Below, piece by piece: positions 12,135-24,418 of a stretch of 64,000 bases of DNA. The stretch covers positions 49,786,001 to 49,850,000 of the forward strand of contig NC_043014.1 of the NCBI RefSeq assembly GCF_006345805.1. The letters are read 5' to 3'. This DNA is from Octopus sinensis. Its lineage: Eukaryota. Every line of letters starts with the position of its first letter. Position 1 is the first letter of the stretch. The position numbers and the translations under genes are program-made. The notes beneath the pieces were generated by a model. That model searched no databases, was not told the DNA's origin, and saw only the letters and a list, made by a program, of their open reading frames with translations.

Positions 12135-12430
12135 TGTGTGTGTGTGTGTGTGTGTGTGTATCTGTGTGTGTATGTGTGTGTGTGTAAGAGAGAGAGAAAT
12201 AGAGAGTGCATGTGTGTGAGAGAGACAGTGTATGCAAATGTGTATGTGTGTGTGTGTATGTGTGTGTGTATGTGTATGTGTGTGTGTGTGTGTGTAAGAG
12301 AGACAGAGAAATAGAGAGTGCATGTGTGTGTGTGTGAGAGAGACAGTGTATGCGAATGTGTGTGTGTGTGTGTGTGTTGATGCATGTGTGTATGTGTTTG
12401 CGTGAGGTTGTGAGTATGCATGCGTGTGTA
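12135..12430. repeat. (TG)n/(AG)n compound array with internal higher-order duplication
   Basis: TAAGAGAGAxAGAAATAGAGAGTGCATG block present twice. Confidence 0.85.
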
Positions 12431-12594
12431 TGACATCCTAGACATCCTATTGACCCAACCAGCTGTCTCCACATATGTCGCATAACTATGAATAAATAAT
12501 TATCTCTCTTATGTATGTATGTCACACACACACACACACACGTACATATATGTACATAAATACACACACATATATTGCATGTGTGTGTGCGGAC

Positions 12595-12629
<35 letters not shown>

Positions 12630-12919
12630 TTCAGTGTAGAAAGCTAAATAACTAAGCCATTGTTAGTTGCTACTGAAATAACTATGAACTTTGAATCGTC
12701 TAAAAATAGCAACATTCAGGACATAATTTAAACATTGTCTGAGTACAGTAAAGGTTAGCTGTGTTTGTGTTTGGTTGTTGATTTGATCCTCCTTTTAATG
12801 CACACATACATACACACACACAGACACATACATACATGCATACATACACGTGTGTGTGTGTGTGTGTGCGTGCGCATAGTTAAAATAGTTGAAGCATCTT
12901 CTACAAGTACTGTTTATTA

Positions 12920-13243
12920 ATTCATTATATATATATGTATATATGTATGTATATAAGTATATATATGTGTATGTATATATATGTATATATATGTGTATGT
13001 ATATATATGTATATATATGTGTATGCATATATATGTATATATATGTGTATGTATATATATGTATATATATATATATGTGTATATATATATATATATATGT
13101 ATGTATATGTATATATATGTATATATGTATGTATATATGTATGTATATGTATATATATGTATATATGTATATATATATATGTATATATATATGTGTATAT
13201 GTATGTATATGTATGTATATATGTATGTATATATGTATGTATG

Positions 13244-13274
<31 letters not shown>

Positions 13275-13400
13275 GTATATATATGTATGTATATATATGT
13301 ATGCATATACATGTATGTATATATATGTATGTATATATGTATATATATGTATTATATGTATGTATATATGTATGTATATATGTATGTATGTATATGTATG

Positions 13401-13435
<35 letters not shown>

Positions 13436-13514
13436 GTATGCATATACATGTATGTATATATATGTATGTATATACATGTATATATATATGTATATATATG
13501 TATGTATATGTATG

Positions 13515-13546
<32 letters not shown>

Positions 13547-13550
13547 TATA
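12920..13550. repeat. ~630-bp (TA)n/(TATG)n microsatellite
   Basis: Direct inspection; source of the YI/YT pseudo-ORFs. Confidence 0.95.
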
Positions 13551-14329
13551 CTCGTAAGGGGAGAGAGAGAAGAGACAGACAGACAGACATTCTAACCATT
13601 TAAAAAGACACAACAAAAACTGTTAAATTAATTTTTCTTGGTGTGTTAAAAGCATTTGTCGTACTGGTCAACTTCATCACAAATTTAAATAGATGCAAGC
13701 TCACACACATCATTGTTATCATTTTTACATCTGCTTTCCATGTCGGCATGGGTTGGACATGTTCTGGTTTGAGACAGTTGTAGAGGGGCACAGGACCCTG
13801 TCTGGCTTGTATTTGGCTCGTTTTCAATGGCTGCATGCCCTTCCTATCTCTGATCTCAGAGGACTTTATGTGTATTTTATCATGGTCCCCTGATGAAATG
13901 ATGTCAGCACTTAGCTAGTTGTGTACTCGAAAAGGCTGAATGTCTTCACTATGTTATCTTTACTTGCACTACAACGATTTTATGAAGGGCATTCTGTGTA
14001 TTATATTGTGGCACCAGCACTAGTGAGGTTGCCTTGATCTATACTTGATTAGAGAGTACTCACTCCTCAAGAAAACATTGCAGCTAAGAAGGTAAATAGA
14101 ATGATGAGTGAGGTGAGGGGAGCAAAGGTAGTAAAAGCAGAATGACTGGGATGAGAGAGTGAGAGAGAGAGAAGGAGTGAAGGAAGTAGATAATGGTAAG
14201 AGTGAGTGATGGCTGTCAGTAGCAAGTGACTGGAGGAGCAGGAGTGATGACTGATAGTACAGAAGGAGTGGTTATGTTGTGTATCAGTTATAGCTTCCTT
14301 AGTTACATCAGTAGAATAAAACAAAAAGA

Positions 14330-14760
14330 TGAGTGGTGGAGAGAACATTAGAGAGCTGTGCAGGAGTGGGGGCTGGAAAGATGAATGATGCAGTGATAAG
14401 TGAAGGAGTGATGAGTGATGGGGAGATGAATGATGAGATGAACATTAGAGAACTGAATACTAGAGACAGACAGACAGAGAGACTAATGATAAGTGATGGA
14501 CAGATGAACATTAGAGAGCTGAACAACAGAGTAATAATGAGTGACAGGGAGATGAGTGATGGAAAGATGAACGCTAGATGAGTGTTGCAGATATGAATAT
14601 TGGAGATGACGGAGCGATGAATGATAGAGAAGTGAGTGATGAAGAGATAAACATTGAAGAGCTGAACACTGGAGTGATGAGTGACAAGGATGTGAATAAT
14701 GGCAGGGACAGTGTGATAAGGATATGAGTGATGTAGGAGTGATGAGAAGGCATCAGAGAT
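14330..14760. repeat. Degenerate purine-rich tandem repeat (GATGAACATTAGAGAGCTGAA / GTGATGAGTGA)
   Basis: Motif recurs at about 14343, 14437, 14503 and 14646. Confidence 0.65.
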
Positions 14761-15006
14761 ATGTATTTCTACATTGTGTTGTTACATTTGTTTTGATATT
14801 TTTGCATGTCTCTCTATTGTTACCATGTCAACAACTCCACCCCTCTCACACTGTCCACTCACCCACGTGTCCACCATTTGTCCACATCAATCGGTCTTTA
14901 ATCATAGCTCTACTCTGTAGCCTCCATCTGTCCCATGTGGTCCAGTGATTTCATACTCATCTAATTTTCTCCTGCTCCAACTCTCCATATTCACATTTTA
15001 TAATAA

Positions 15007-15386
15007 CTAGCAGTATTGCTTGGGTTTGTTTTGACCCTTTAGAATTAGAATTTTTGAAAAGTAAAAATTTTGCATTATGTATCTTGTTATTCTCTTTAAG
15101 TGAACATTTTTCTGGTTGAAATACACCAAAAAATAGCGACACAGCAGTCAAAAATTTGTAAAAAATAGGGATTTTCATAGAAAAAAAGCACCTTTTTGGT
15201 GTAAATAATTTTTGGCATTAACATGGTCCGATTTAAATTTTTTCTTCTATGGAAGGAAGAGCAAGCCTTCTTCTATCATACTCTCAATTTTGGTCAACTT
15301 GCTTTGCAGGATCTTGGAGGAGATAGTGTTAGTTGAAGGCTACCAAACCTGTCACACACAGACAACTTCAGCTTTATATATTTAGA
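15007..15386 (-). mobile_element. Helitron family H copy
   Basis: Reverse complement of 9536-9927 with A|CTAG and TC ends. Confidence 0.8.
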
Positions 15387-15684
15387 TTATAATAACCAAA
15401 CATTATCAAATCAGTTTCTTAGAACTACGATATAACTAATATAGATATAATAGATAAGTATGCTGGTGCCAACTGAAAAGCACCTTTGCTGGTGCCATAT
15501 AAAAAGCACCCAGTATATTCTGTTAGGTTGGTTGGCATTATCGAAGGGCATCAAGCTGTAGGAACAATGCCATAACACACAACGGGAACCTGGTGCAGCT
15601 CTCTGGCTTGCCAGCTCTTTGCAAGCCGTCCAACCCATGTCTGCATGGAAAATAGATGTTAAATGATGATGGATGATGGACTAA

Positions 15685-16072
15685 TCTCTATATATATAAA
15701 GCTGAAGTTGTCTGTGTGTGGCAGGTTTGGTAGCCTTCAGCTAACACTATCTCCTCCGAGACCCTGTGGGGTAAGTTGACCAAAATTGAGAGTATGATAG
15801 AAGAAGGTTTGCCCTTCCTTCCGTAGAAGAAAAAATTCAAATCGGACCATGTTAACACCAAAAATTATTTACATCAAAAAGGTGCTTTTTTTCTATGAAA
15901 ATCCCAATTATTTACAATTTTTTGACTGCTGTGTTGCCATTTTTCAGTGTATTTCAACCAGAAAAATGTTCACTTAAAGAGAATAACAAGCTACATAATG
16001 CAAAATTTTTACTTTTCAAAAATTCCAATTCTAAAGGGTCAAAACAAACCTGAGCAATTATATTACAACTAG
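15685..16072 (+). mobile_element. Helitron family H copy (3' hairpin deleted)
   Basis: A|TCTCTATATATATAAAGCTGAAG 5' end; colinear with 9536-9927 up to about 16058. Confidence 0.8.
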
Positions 16073-16261
16073 TATTTATAACTATATTACAAATAGTATA
16101 TTATAACTGTATTGCAATAAGTGCATGATGATGTATGACTTTCAGTACAGTTATAATTACAACTGTAGTGTATTACAACCATATTATAACTACATTATGA
16201 CTTTTGTATTGTAAACATGTTATAACTATCATATAGACATAACTATTGTATTACTAGTACA

Positions 16262-17070
16262 TAATCGAAATCAAATTCGATGACTAGCATCCGTGCTAGT
16301 GGAGCGCTAAGAGCACCATCTGAGCGTGATCGTTGCCAGAGCAGCTAACTGGCGTTCGTGCCGGTGACACGTAAAAAGCACCATTCAAGCGTGATCGTTA
16401 CCAGTGTCGCCTTACTGGCACTTGTAAGGCGTGCAGGTGACATGTTAAAAAAAAAAACACGATTTTTTTCGTGGCCGTTGCCTGTACCACCTGACTGGCC
16501 TTCGTGCCAGTGGCATGTAAAAGAACCCACTACGCTCTTGGAGTGGTTGGCGTTAGGAAGGGCATCCAGCTGTAGAAACTCTGCCAGATCAAGATTGGAG
16601 CCTGGTGCAGCCATCTGGTTTGCCAGCCCTCAGTCAAAATCGTCCAACCCATGCTAGCATGGAAAGCAAACATTAAATGATGATGATGATTATAATAAAT
16701 ACAACCACGGTAATATAGTGTATTATAAGGTAGTGCCCCCTGACTGGCTCCCGTGCTGGTGGCATGTAAAAAGCACCATCCGAACATGGCTGATGTCAGA
16801 GCCCCTTGACTGGCTCCCATGCTGGTGGCACGTAAAAAGCACCATCCAAACGTGATCAATGTCAGGTCCGTCTGACTGGCTCCTTTGCCAGTGGCACGTG
16901 AAAAGCACCCACTACACTCTCGGAGTGGTTGGCGTTAGGAAAGGCGTCCAGCTGTAGAAGCATTGCCAGATCAGATTGGAGCCTGGTGCAACCTACTGGC
17001 CTTCTAGACCTCAGTTTAAACCATCCAACCCATGCCAGCATAGAAAACATACACCAAACGATAATGATAA
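16262..17070 (+). mobile_element. Two adjacent family R 3' UTR copies with tandem arrays
   Basis: GTGCCAGTGGCA(T/C)GTAAAAAGCACC units, GGCGTTAGGAAGGGCATCCAGC motif, (GAT)n tail at about 16680 and degenerate tail at about 17060. Confidence 0.8.
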
Positions 17071-17105
17071 CATTATCTGGTTATACTACCTTATGACTTA
17101 TTATG

Positions 17106-17492
17106 GGTGGAAGCACTCCGTCGGTTATGATGATGAGGGTTCCGGTTGATCCGACCAACGGAACAGCCTGCTCGTGAAATTAACATGTAAATGGCTGAGC
17201 ACTCCACAGACACGTGTACCCTTAACGTAGTTCTCGGGGATATTCAGCGTGACACAGAGAGTGACAAGGCCGGCCCTTTGAAATACAGGTACAACAGAAA
17301 CAGGAAGAAAGAGTGAGAGAAAGTTGTGGTGAAAGAGTACAGCAGGGATCGCCACCATCCCCTGCCGGAGCCTCGTGGAGCTTTTCGGTGTTTTCGCTCA
17401 ATAAACACTCACAACGCCTGGTCTGGGAATCGAAACCGCGATCCTACGACCGCGAGTCCGCTGCCCTAACCACTGGGCCATTGCGCCTCCAC
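17106..17492 (-). mobile_element. tRNA-derived SINE, family C
   Basis: Head GGAGGCGCAATGGCCCAGTGGTTAGGGCAGCGGACTC...GGTTTCGATTCCC with A and B boxes. Confidence 0.8.
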
Positions 17493-17646
17493 TATGACTT
17501 ATTGTAACTATTTCAGAACTATATTACTAAAACCGCAATATAATTATTGAGCATCAATTTCTAAAACTACTATATTAAAACTGCACTAACTATTACATTA
17601 CAATTTCTGTATTAAAGCTGTTTATAACTAACTACTATATTATAAC

Positions 17647-17890
17647 TAGTATATTTGTTTCTTTATTACCCACAAGGGGCTAAACATAGAGGGGACAAAC
17701 AAGGACAGACAAACGGATTAAGTCGATTACATTGACCCCAGTGCTTAACTGGTACTTAATTTATCGACCCCGAAAGGATGAAAGGCAAAGTCGACCTCGG
17801 CGTGATTTGAACTCTGAACGTAACGGCAGACGAAATACGGCTACGCATTTCGCCCGGCGTGCTAACGTTTGTGCCAGCTCGCCGCCTTTT
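17647..17890 (-). mobile_element. SINE family B, young full-length monomer
   Basis: CpGs intact; head AAGGCGGCGAGCTGGCACAAACGTTAGCACGCCGGGCG. Confidence 0.9.
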
Positions 17891-18224
17891 TATAACTAGT
17901 ATATTGTAATAGTACTAACTGTGAGAGAAGGCCTGAGTCGAGTTCTTCGTTAGTAACATTTCTGATTTTAGCTCACGTACATATGCAAGTACGTTCATGC
18001 ATGCACACATAGATACAATTTGTCTCACACTCACATAGTATTCACCTTTATGTGCACACACAGACGCACACATATACAAAGATACATGTGCACATATACA
18101 CACACACATATATATACACACACATGCATACACACATGTCTAGTTCAACTGCTCAAGGACAACAATCCACAGCAGTTGGTGTTGCTAGGTTATGAAACTA
18201 AATGTTATTTGACTCCAAATTGTG

Positions 18225-18700
18225 TCTGAGTGTGTGTGTGTGTGTGTGGCTGTGTGTGTGTATGTGTGCGTGTGTGTGTGTGGCTGTGTGTGTGTGTATG
18301 TGCGTGAATGTGTGTGTATGTGTGTGTGGCTGTGTGTGAGTGTGCGTGTGTGTGTGGCTGTATGTGTGTGGCTGTATGTGTGTGAGTGCGTGTGCGTGTG
18401 TGTGTGTGTATGTGTGCGTGTGTGTGTGTGGCTGTGTGTGTGTGTATGTGCGTGAATGTGTGTGCGTGTGTGTGTGTGTATGTGTGCGTGTGTGTGTGTG
18501 GCTGTGTGTGTGTATGTGCGTGAATGTGTGTGTATGTGTGTGTGGCTGTGTGTGAGTGTGCGTGTGTGTGGCTGTATGTGTGTGAGTTCGTGTGCGTGTG
18601 TGTGTGTGTATGTGTGCGTGCGTGTGTGTGTGGCTGTGTGCATGTATGTGTGTGTGTGCGTGCGTGTGTGTGTGTGGCTGTGTGTCTGAGTGTGTGTTTG
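18225..18700. repeat. Complex (TG)n array with TGGCTGTG higher-order repeats
   Basis: Direct inspection. Confidence 0.9.
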
Positions 18701-18758
18701 TGTGCATATGCATGTGTATTTTCATACATGTGCGCGCATGTGTGTTTGTGTGCGTGTG

Positions 18759-18925
18759 TTAAGCCATGCTAGCAAGAGAAAAAAAAAAAATGACACTAAA
18801 CAAAACAAATATATAAAGTTGGACTGCCAACTCAGGTATTGCATTCCAATCCAGTACAGGTGTCTGATTGTATAAAGGGGAATTGTGTACACAGTGAGAC
18901 AATGCATTCATTGTACAACGTGTTA
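18759..18925 (-). CDS. Candidate terminal coding exon
   Basis: Textbook 3' splice site ACTAAC-TTCCCTGTTTCACAG| at 18946-18926. Phase-1 frame gives [54 protein letters not shown] (hydrophobic C-terminus). Phase-2 frame gives [30 protein letters not shown]. Confidence 0.22.
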
Positions 18926-19084
18926 CTGTGAAACAGGGAAGTTAGTACACATTCGTTTTCTGTTGTTGGTTTTAACCAGTTATAGAACTATACGATAAAC
19001 AGTAAACTTTTGTAGTGTTACCAGCTATAGACTAGTGTCTTATCCAGGAGGTGAGATATCTCGTGTCCTTATACGGTAAATTGC

Positions 19085-19248
19085 AGGCGTAGGAGTGGCT
19101 GTGTGGTAAGTAGCTTGCTAACCAACCACAGGGTTCCGGGTTCGGTCCCACTGTGTGGCATCTTGGGCAAGTGTCTTCTGCTATAGCCCCGGGGCGGACC
19201 AATGCCTTGCGAGTGGATTTGGTAGACGGAAACTGAAAGAAGCCTGTC

Positions 19249-19250
<2 letters not shown>
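19085..19250 (+). mobile_element. SINE family A 5' half
   Basis: tRNA head to GAAAGAAGCCTGTCG, then (TA)n into which a family B dimer is inserted. Confidence 0.85.
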
Positions 19251-19290
<40 letters not shown>

Positions 19291-19292
<2 letters not shown>

Positions 19293-19703
19293 CTTTACTA
19301 CCCACAAGGGGCTACACACAGAGGGGACAAACAAGGACAGACAAAGGGATTAAGTCGATTACATCGACCCCAGTGCGTAACTGGTACTTAATTTATCGAC
19401 CCCGAAAGGATGAAAGGCAAAGTCGACCTTGGCGGAATTTAAACTCAGAACATAACGGCAGACGAAATACCTATTACTTTACTGCCCACAAGGGGCTAAA
19501 CACAGAGGGGACAAACAAGGACAGACAAAGGGATTAAACCGATTATATCGACCCCAGTGCGTAACTGGTACTTAATTTATCGACCCCGGAAGGATGAAAG
19601 GCAAATCGACCTCGGCAGAATTCGAACTCAGAATGTTACGACAGGCGAAATACGGCTACGCATTTCGCCCGGCGTGCTAACGGTTCTGCCAGCTCGCCGC
19701 CTC
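19291..19703 (-). mobile_element. SINE family B dimer
   Basis: Two ~172-bp units joined at AATAG|GTATTTCGTC. Confidence 0.9.
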
Positions 19704-19891
19704 GAAAGTATAAGTTCGGCTTATACTAGAGGATAAAATGTGATGCAAATGTTTACCACAGACAGGTTGGTCAACCCGTAACCCAGTACACCTAATAAAT
19801 CTTTGTACGCCTCTTACTGTAACTCGAGCTGACTGTCACAAATATTTCCAACTAAAAACTTGTATTTGGTGAATGTATCTAATATAATTAA

Positions 19892-20531
19892 CCCTTTAAT
19901 GTTCAGATTCCTCTGTCAAATATGATACTTATTTATCCATATTGTTTTGAATTCATCATGGATTGCTCCTGTGGATTTTGGATTTTAAAGATTTGATTAC
20001 CACTTTTACCTCTTTTACTTGTTTCACTCATTTGACTGTGGCCATGCTGGAGCTGCGCCTTTAGTCGAGCAAATCGACCCCAGGACTTATTCTTTGGAAG
20101 CCTAGTACTTATTCTATCGGTCTCTTTTGCCGAACCGCTAAGTTACAGGGACGTAAACACACCAGCATCGGTTGTCAAGCGATGTTGGGGGGACAAACAT
20201 AGACACACGAACATATACACATACATATATATATACATATATACGACGGGCTTCTTTCAGTTTCCGCCTACCAAATCCACTCACAAGGTTTTGGTTGGCC
20301 CAAGGATATAGTAGAAGACACTTGCCCAAGGTGCCACGCAGTGGGACTGAACCCAGAACCATGTGGTTGGTAAGCAAGCTACTTACCACACAGCCACTCC
20401 TGCACCTATTTACAATTGTTTACTTTTAGAATGACATTGTGTGTTAGGTGTGAGAGGGTGGATCTGGCCAGTTTGGACATAAAACGGCTGGAATATTTGG
20501 GCCAGATATGGCTGTCTTAAATGCTAAAGGG
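19892..20531. mobile_element. piggyBac-like MITE interrupted by a family A SINE (about 20010-20405, minus)
   Basis: TTAA|CCCTTTA ... TAAAGGG|TTAA termini. Confidence 0.7.
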
Positions 20532-20871
20532 TTAACACAGATTAATCTAAAATAATCAAATACAAATTCAGTATAAACACTATATCATTGTCATCTTCAT
20601 CATCTTCATCATCATCATTATTGTTGTTATAATGTCCACTTTTCCATGCTTCTGTGGGTCAGACAGAATTCATTGAGGCAGATTTTCAATGGCCAGATGT
20701 CATTCCAGTAGCTTGCCTTCTAAACAAGGTTATACTTCCCCTTGCCCTGACACTGCTTATAGGATGGTGATGCTCATTTACATCACATCATGTCAAGGCA
20801 AGAGTATGCTCAAACACATACACAATGGACTTCTTTCAGTTTAATAATAATAATAATATAATAATAATAAT

Positions 20872-21130
20872 AATAATCATCTTTGTTTAACGTCTGTTTT
20901 CCATGCTAGCATGGGTTGGACTGTTCGACCGGGGTCTGGGAAGCCGGGAGGCTCTGCACCAGGCTCCAGTCTAATCTGGCAGTTTTTCTACAGCTGGATG
21001 CTCTTCCTAACACCAACCACTCCATGAGTATAGTGGGTGCTTTTTACGTGTCACCGACACTGATGCCAGTCAGGCGGCGCTGGCATCTGCCATGTTCGGA
21101 TGGTGCTTTTTACATGCCACCAGCACGGTT
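20872..21130 (-). mobile_element. Family R 3' UTR copy
   Basis: CCATGCTAGCATGG hairpin, GGATGCTCTTCCTAA motif, array units. Confidence 0.75.
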
Positions 21131-21165
21131 ATTATTTAATAACAATAATATTAATAATAACAATT

Positions 21166-21372
21166 GCAATGCAGCACGGATTTTTGTCAGTGAACAGGTC
21201 GCGGATTTTAGCGACGAAAATATTTTGACAAATTAAACTTAAATGTTGAAGTGAATCGAACGGCTTTTGTGTGTTTCTTAAATGGCTTATAAACACCTTC
21301 CACGCTGCAATTGTTTTCGTTTCAGCACACGATCTCAGATCAAATTACTTGCTATGCGAGTACATCTCCGTA
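21166..21372. mobile_element. Unclassified CpG-containing repeat (family U)
   Basis: 21227-21372 is essentially identical to 44391-44535. Confidence 0.6.
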
Positions 21373-21430
21373 ATATTAATAATATATACTCAAAATTCCC
21401 ATGTTCACATGAAATAACTTTTCAGAACAG

Positions 21431-21716
21431 AGTCACACGAGAATGAAGATTGCAAAATCCTGTGGGATGCAATGATTCAGTGCAGCCACCTGATCTGACA
21501 TCGGAAACCAGACATTGTTGTGGTGAAGGACAAAAGAAAGGGCTTGCATGGTGTAACATATCCTGGTGACAACAAGATCAAAGAGAAAGGAAGAGACAAA
21601 AACTGAACAGCTATGATGGTTTGAAGTGGGAAATATGAAGGTTATGGTTAACGAGGGGAGTAGACGTGACACCAATTAGTAATTGGCACACTTGGAAGTA
21701 TCAGCACTCAGCTACC
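21431..21716 (+). mobile_element. Decayed restriction-like endonuclease domain of an RLE non-LTR retrotransposon (Dong/R4-like)
   Basis: ENEDCKILWDAMIQCSHLI*HRKPDIVVVKDK...YPGDNKIKEK...IGTLGSIS with stops and frameshifts; matches the KILWD/RPD...D RLE signature. Confidence 0.75.
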
Positions 21717-21744
21717 AAAAATCAGCATTACTTGGAACTGCAAT

Positions 21745-21960
21745 ATATATATGTGACCGCGTGTGTACCGTTGGCGATTTTTTTTCCTCTGTCTTCCCTT
21801 CTCTGGATCTTTCCTTCTCCTATGTTTCCGACGAAGAGCTCCGCTCGAAACGTTAAACCCTTTTTCTTCCCTTCTTTCCTGAGCGTCCCAATAATACTAT
21901 ATTTGTTCCACATCCTCGCGTTGTTGTGTTTTCTCTTTGTGTTTTCATGTTTAGATTAAC
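21745..21960 (+). mobile_element. Penelope-like element pseudo-LTR fragment with hammerhead-like motif
   Basis: GTTT-CCGACGA-A-GAGCTCCGCTC-GAAACGTT-AAAC. Confidence 0.6.
21824..21858 (+). ncRNA. Minimal type-I hammerhead ribozyme motif (core variant CCGACGA)
   Basis: Stem I GTTT/AAAC, stem II GAGC/GCTC, GAAA, palindromic ACGT stem III, U4->C substitution. Confidence 0.45.
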
Positions 21961-22261
21961 TTTATATATATAGGGAGAATTCACAAAAAAAAAAAACCAG
22001 AAGACGAAGACAGGTGGTGTAGACAACAAACAGATGTATTAGTATAACACTCGGGAATAAAAGAATCTGGTTTATTGGGGTTTTTTGACTATTTCTAAAC
22101 AGGGTAGACACCCAGTGTGTCCTTATGCTTAGTGCTAATTTTCACTTTTATAGCTATTTGATGGTATATAATACCTGTAACCGTCTATATTATTGCTGTT
22201 ATTGTTATCAATATATTATCTTTACCGTGGATAATATTAACAATAATATCTTTATGAGTAT

Positions 22262-22622
22262 TCATCATCATCATCATCATCATCGTTTAACGTCCGTTTT
22301 CCGCGCTAGCACGGGTTGGACGGTTCGACCGGGGTCTGGGGAGCCAGGAGCTGCCCCAGGCTCCAGTCTGATCTGGCAGTGTTTCTACAGCTGGATGCCC
22401 TTCCTAACGCCAACCACTCCGTGAGTGTCGTGGGTGCTTTTTACGTGCCACCTGCACAGGTGCCAGAGGGGTCTGACATCGGCCACGATCGGTTGGTGCT
22501 TTTTTATGTGCCACCGGCACAGAAGCCAGTCAAGGCGGTGCTGGCATCGGCCACGTTCGGATGGTGCTTTTTATGTGCCACCGGCACAGAAGACAGTGGA
22601 GGCTGCACTGGCAACGGCCAGT
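22262..22622 (-). mobile_element. Family R 3' UTR copy with array
   Basis: (GAT)n tail and three array units. Confidence 0.8.
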
Positions 22623-22719
22623 TCATATCTGAATATTCACTCACATGTATATATACATACATACATACATACACAGAATAATATATATGCACATACAAAT
22701 TCTTTTACACACACTCATG

Positions 22720-23030
22720 CACACCTTCATTTTGGGATCACCACCACTTTATTATCTCCCCTTCTCCCTAACTCTCCTGTGTGACCCTTCTGTCTGGCAT
22801 TCACCATGATAGATCATTAGCCACTACACATTCTTTATTTTCTCTCCTTGTTTCTTTCTGTGTTTCTTTCTGTGGAAGAGCATAGGCTCGAAACGTTAAA
22901 GACTTTTACAATTCCCAAGTGTTATACTAATACACCTGTTTGTTGTCTACACAACATGTCTTCGTCTTTTGTTGTTTTTTGTTTGTACACACACATACAC
23001 ACACGTTTCATTCCCATATAAATAATTACA
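22720..23030 (+). mobile_element. Penelope-like pseudo-LTR fragment with degenerate hammerhead (22865-22902)
   Basis: TCTTT-CTGTGGA-A-GAGCATAGGCTC-GAAACGTT-AAAGA; 22909-22990 recurs inverted at about 21980-22063. Confidence 0.55.
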
Positions 23031-23519
23031 TACATGTATGTATATGTAGATTTGTGTACTCTTTTTACTCTTTTACATGTTTCAGTCATTTGACTGTGGC
23101 CATGCTGGAGCACTGCCTTTAATCGAGCAACTCGACCCTGGGACTTATTCTTTTGTAAGCCCAGTACTTATTCTGTGTGTATATATATATATCTTACCTA
23201 CTGTGTGTGTATATATATATATATATCTTACCTACTTAATTTCCAGATGAGAATGTACGTTTCTGCATGTATAGATAGTCGTCTGTGTCTGTATATAATT
23301 TATCTGTTTACCTCTCATCTCGATATGTATAAATGTGTTTGTGCCTATATCTTATCTCTTGTATTCTCCATCTCTTTCAGACTATCACTGGAGCTATGAG
23401 TACATTAAATCCACCTGTAGAGTTAGATGACTCAAGTTTAATGCACCATGTCAACTACATACAAGAAATTGCTAGCCAACAAGATTTTGATTATCCTGCA
23501 GTAAGTCTTACAATCTTTA

Positions 23520-23893
23520 TTCTTTTATTCTTGTTTCAGTCATTTGACTGCGGCCATGCTGGAGCACTGCCTTTAGTCGAGCAAATCGACCCCGGGACTT
23601 ATTCTTTGTAAGCCCAGTACTTATTCTATCGGGTCTCTTTTGCCGAACCGCTAAGTGACGGGGACGTAAACACACCAGCATCGGTTGTCAAGCAATGCTA
23701 GGGGACACACACACACACATATACATATATACGACAGGCTTCTTTCAGTTTCCGTCTACCAGATCCACTCACAAGGCATTGGTCGGCCCGGGGCTATAGC
23801 AGAAGACACTTGCCCAAGATGCCACGCAGTGGGACTGAACCCGCAACCATGTGGTTGGTTAGCAAGCTACTTACCACACAGCCACTCCTGCGC
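23520..23893 (-). mobile_element. SINE family A, young full length
   Basis: Intact head and tail. Confidence 0.9.
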
Positions 23894-23910
23894 CTATTAT
23901 TATTATTATT

Positions 23911-23971
<61 letters not shown>

Positions 23972-24208
23972 CCTCATGGAGGTGGTGAGCTGTCAGAATC
24001 GTTAGCACACTGGGGAAGATGCTTTATGTTCTGAGTTGAAATTCCATCGAGGTCAACTTTGCCTTTCATCTTTTTAGGGGTCAATAAATTAACTACAATG
24101 GAAACACTGGGGTCAATGTAATTGTCTATTCCCCCTCTCCCACCAATCCCCACCAAAAAAATTCAGGCTCTGTGCCTTTAGTAGAAAAGATTATTATTAT
24201 TATTATTA

Positions 24209-24256
<48 letters not shown>

Positions 24257-24371
24257 TCATTATTACTACTACTACTCTTATTATCATTATTATTACTATT
24301 ATCATTATTATTATTATTATTATTTTAACTTTTATCATTATTACTATTATCATTATTATTATTATTATTGC

Positions 24372-24418
<47 letters not shown>

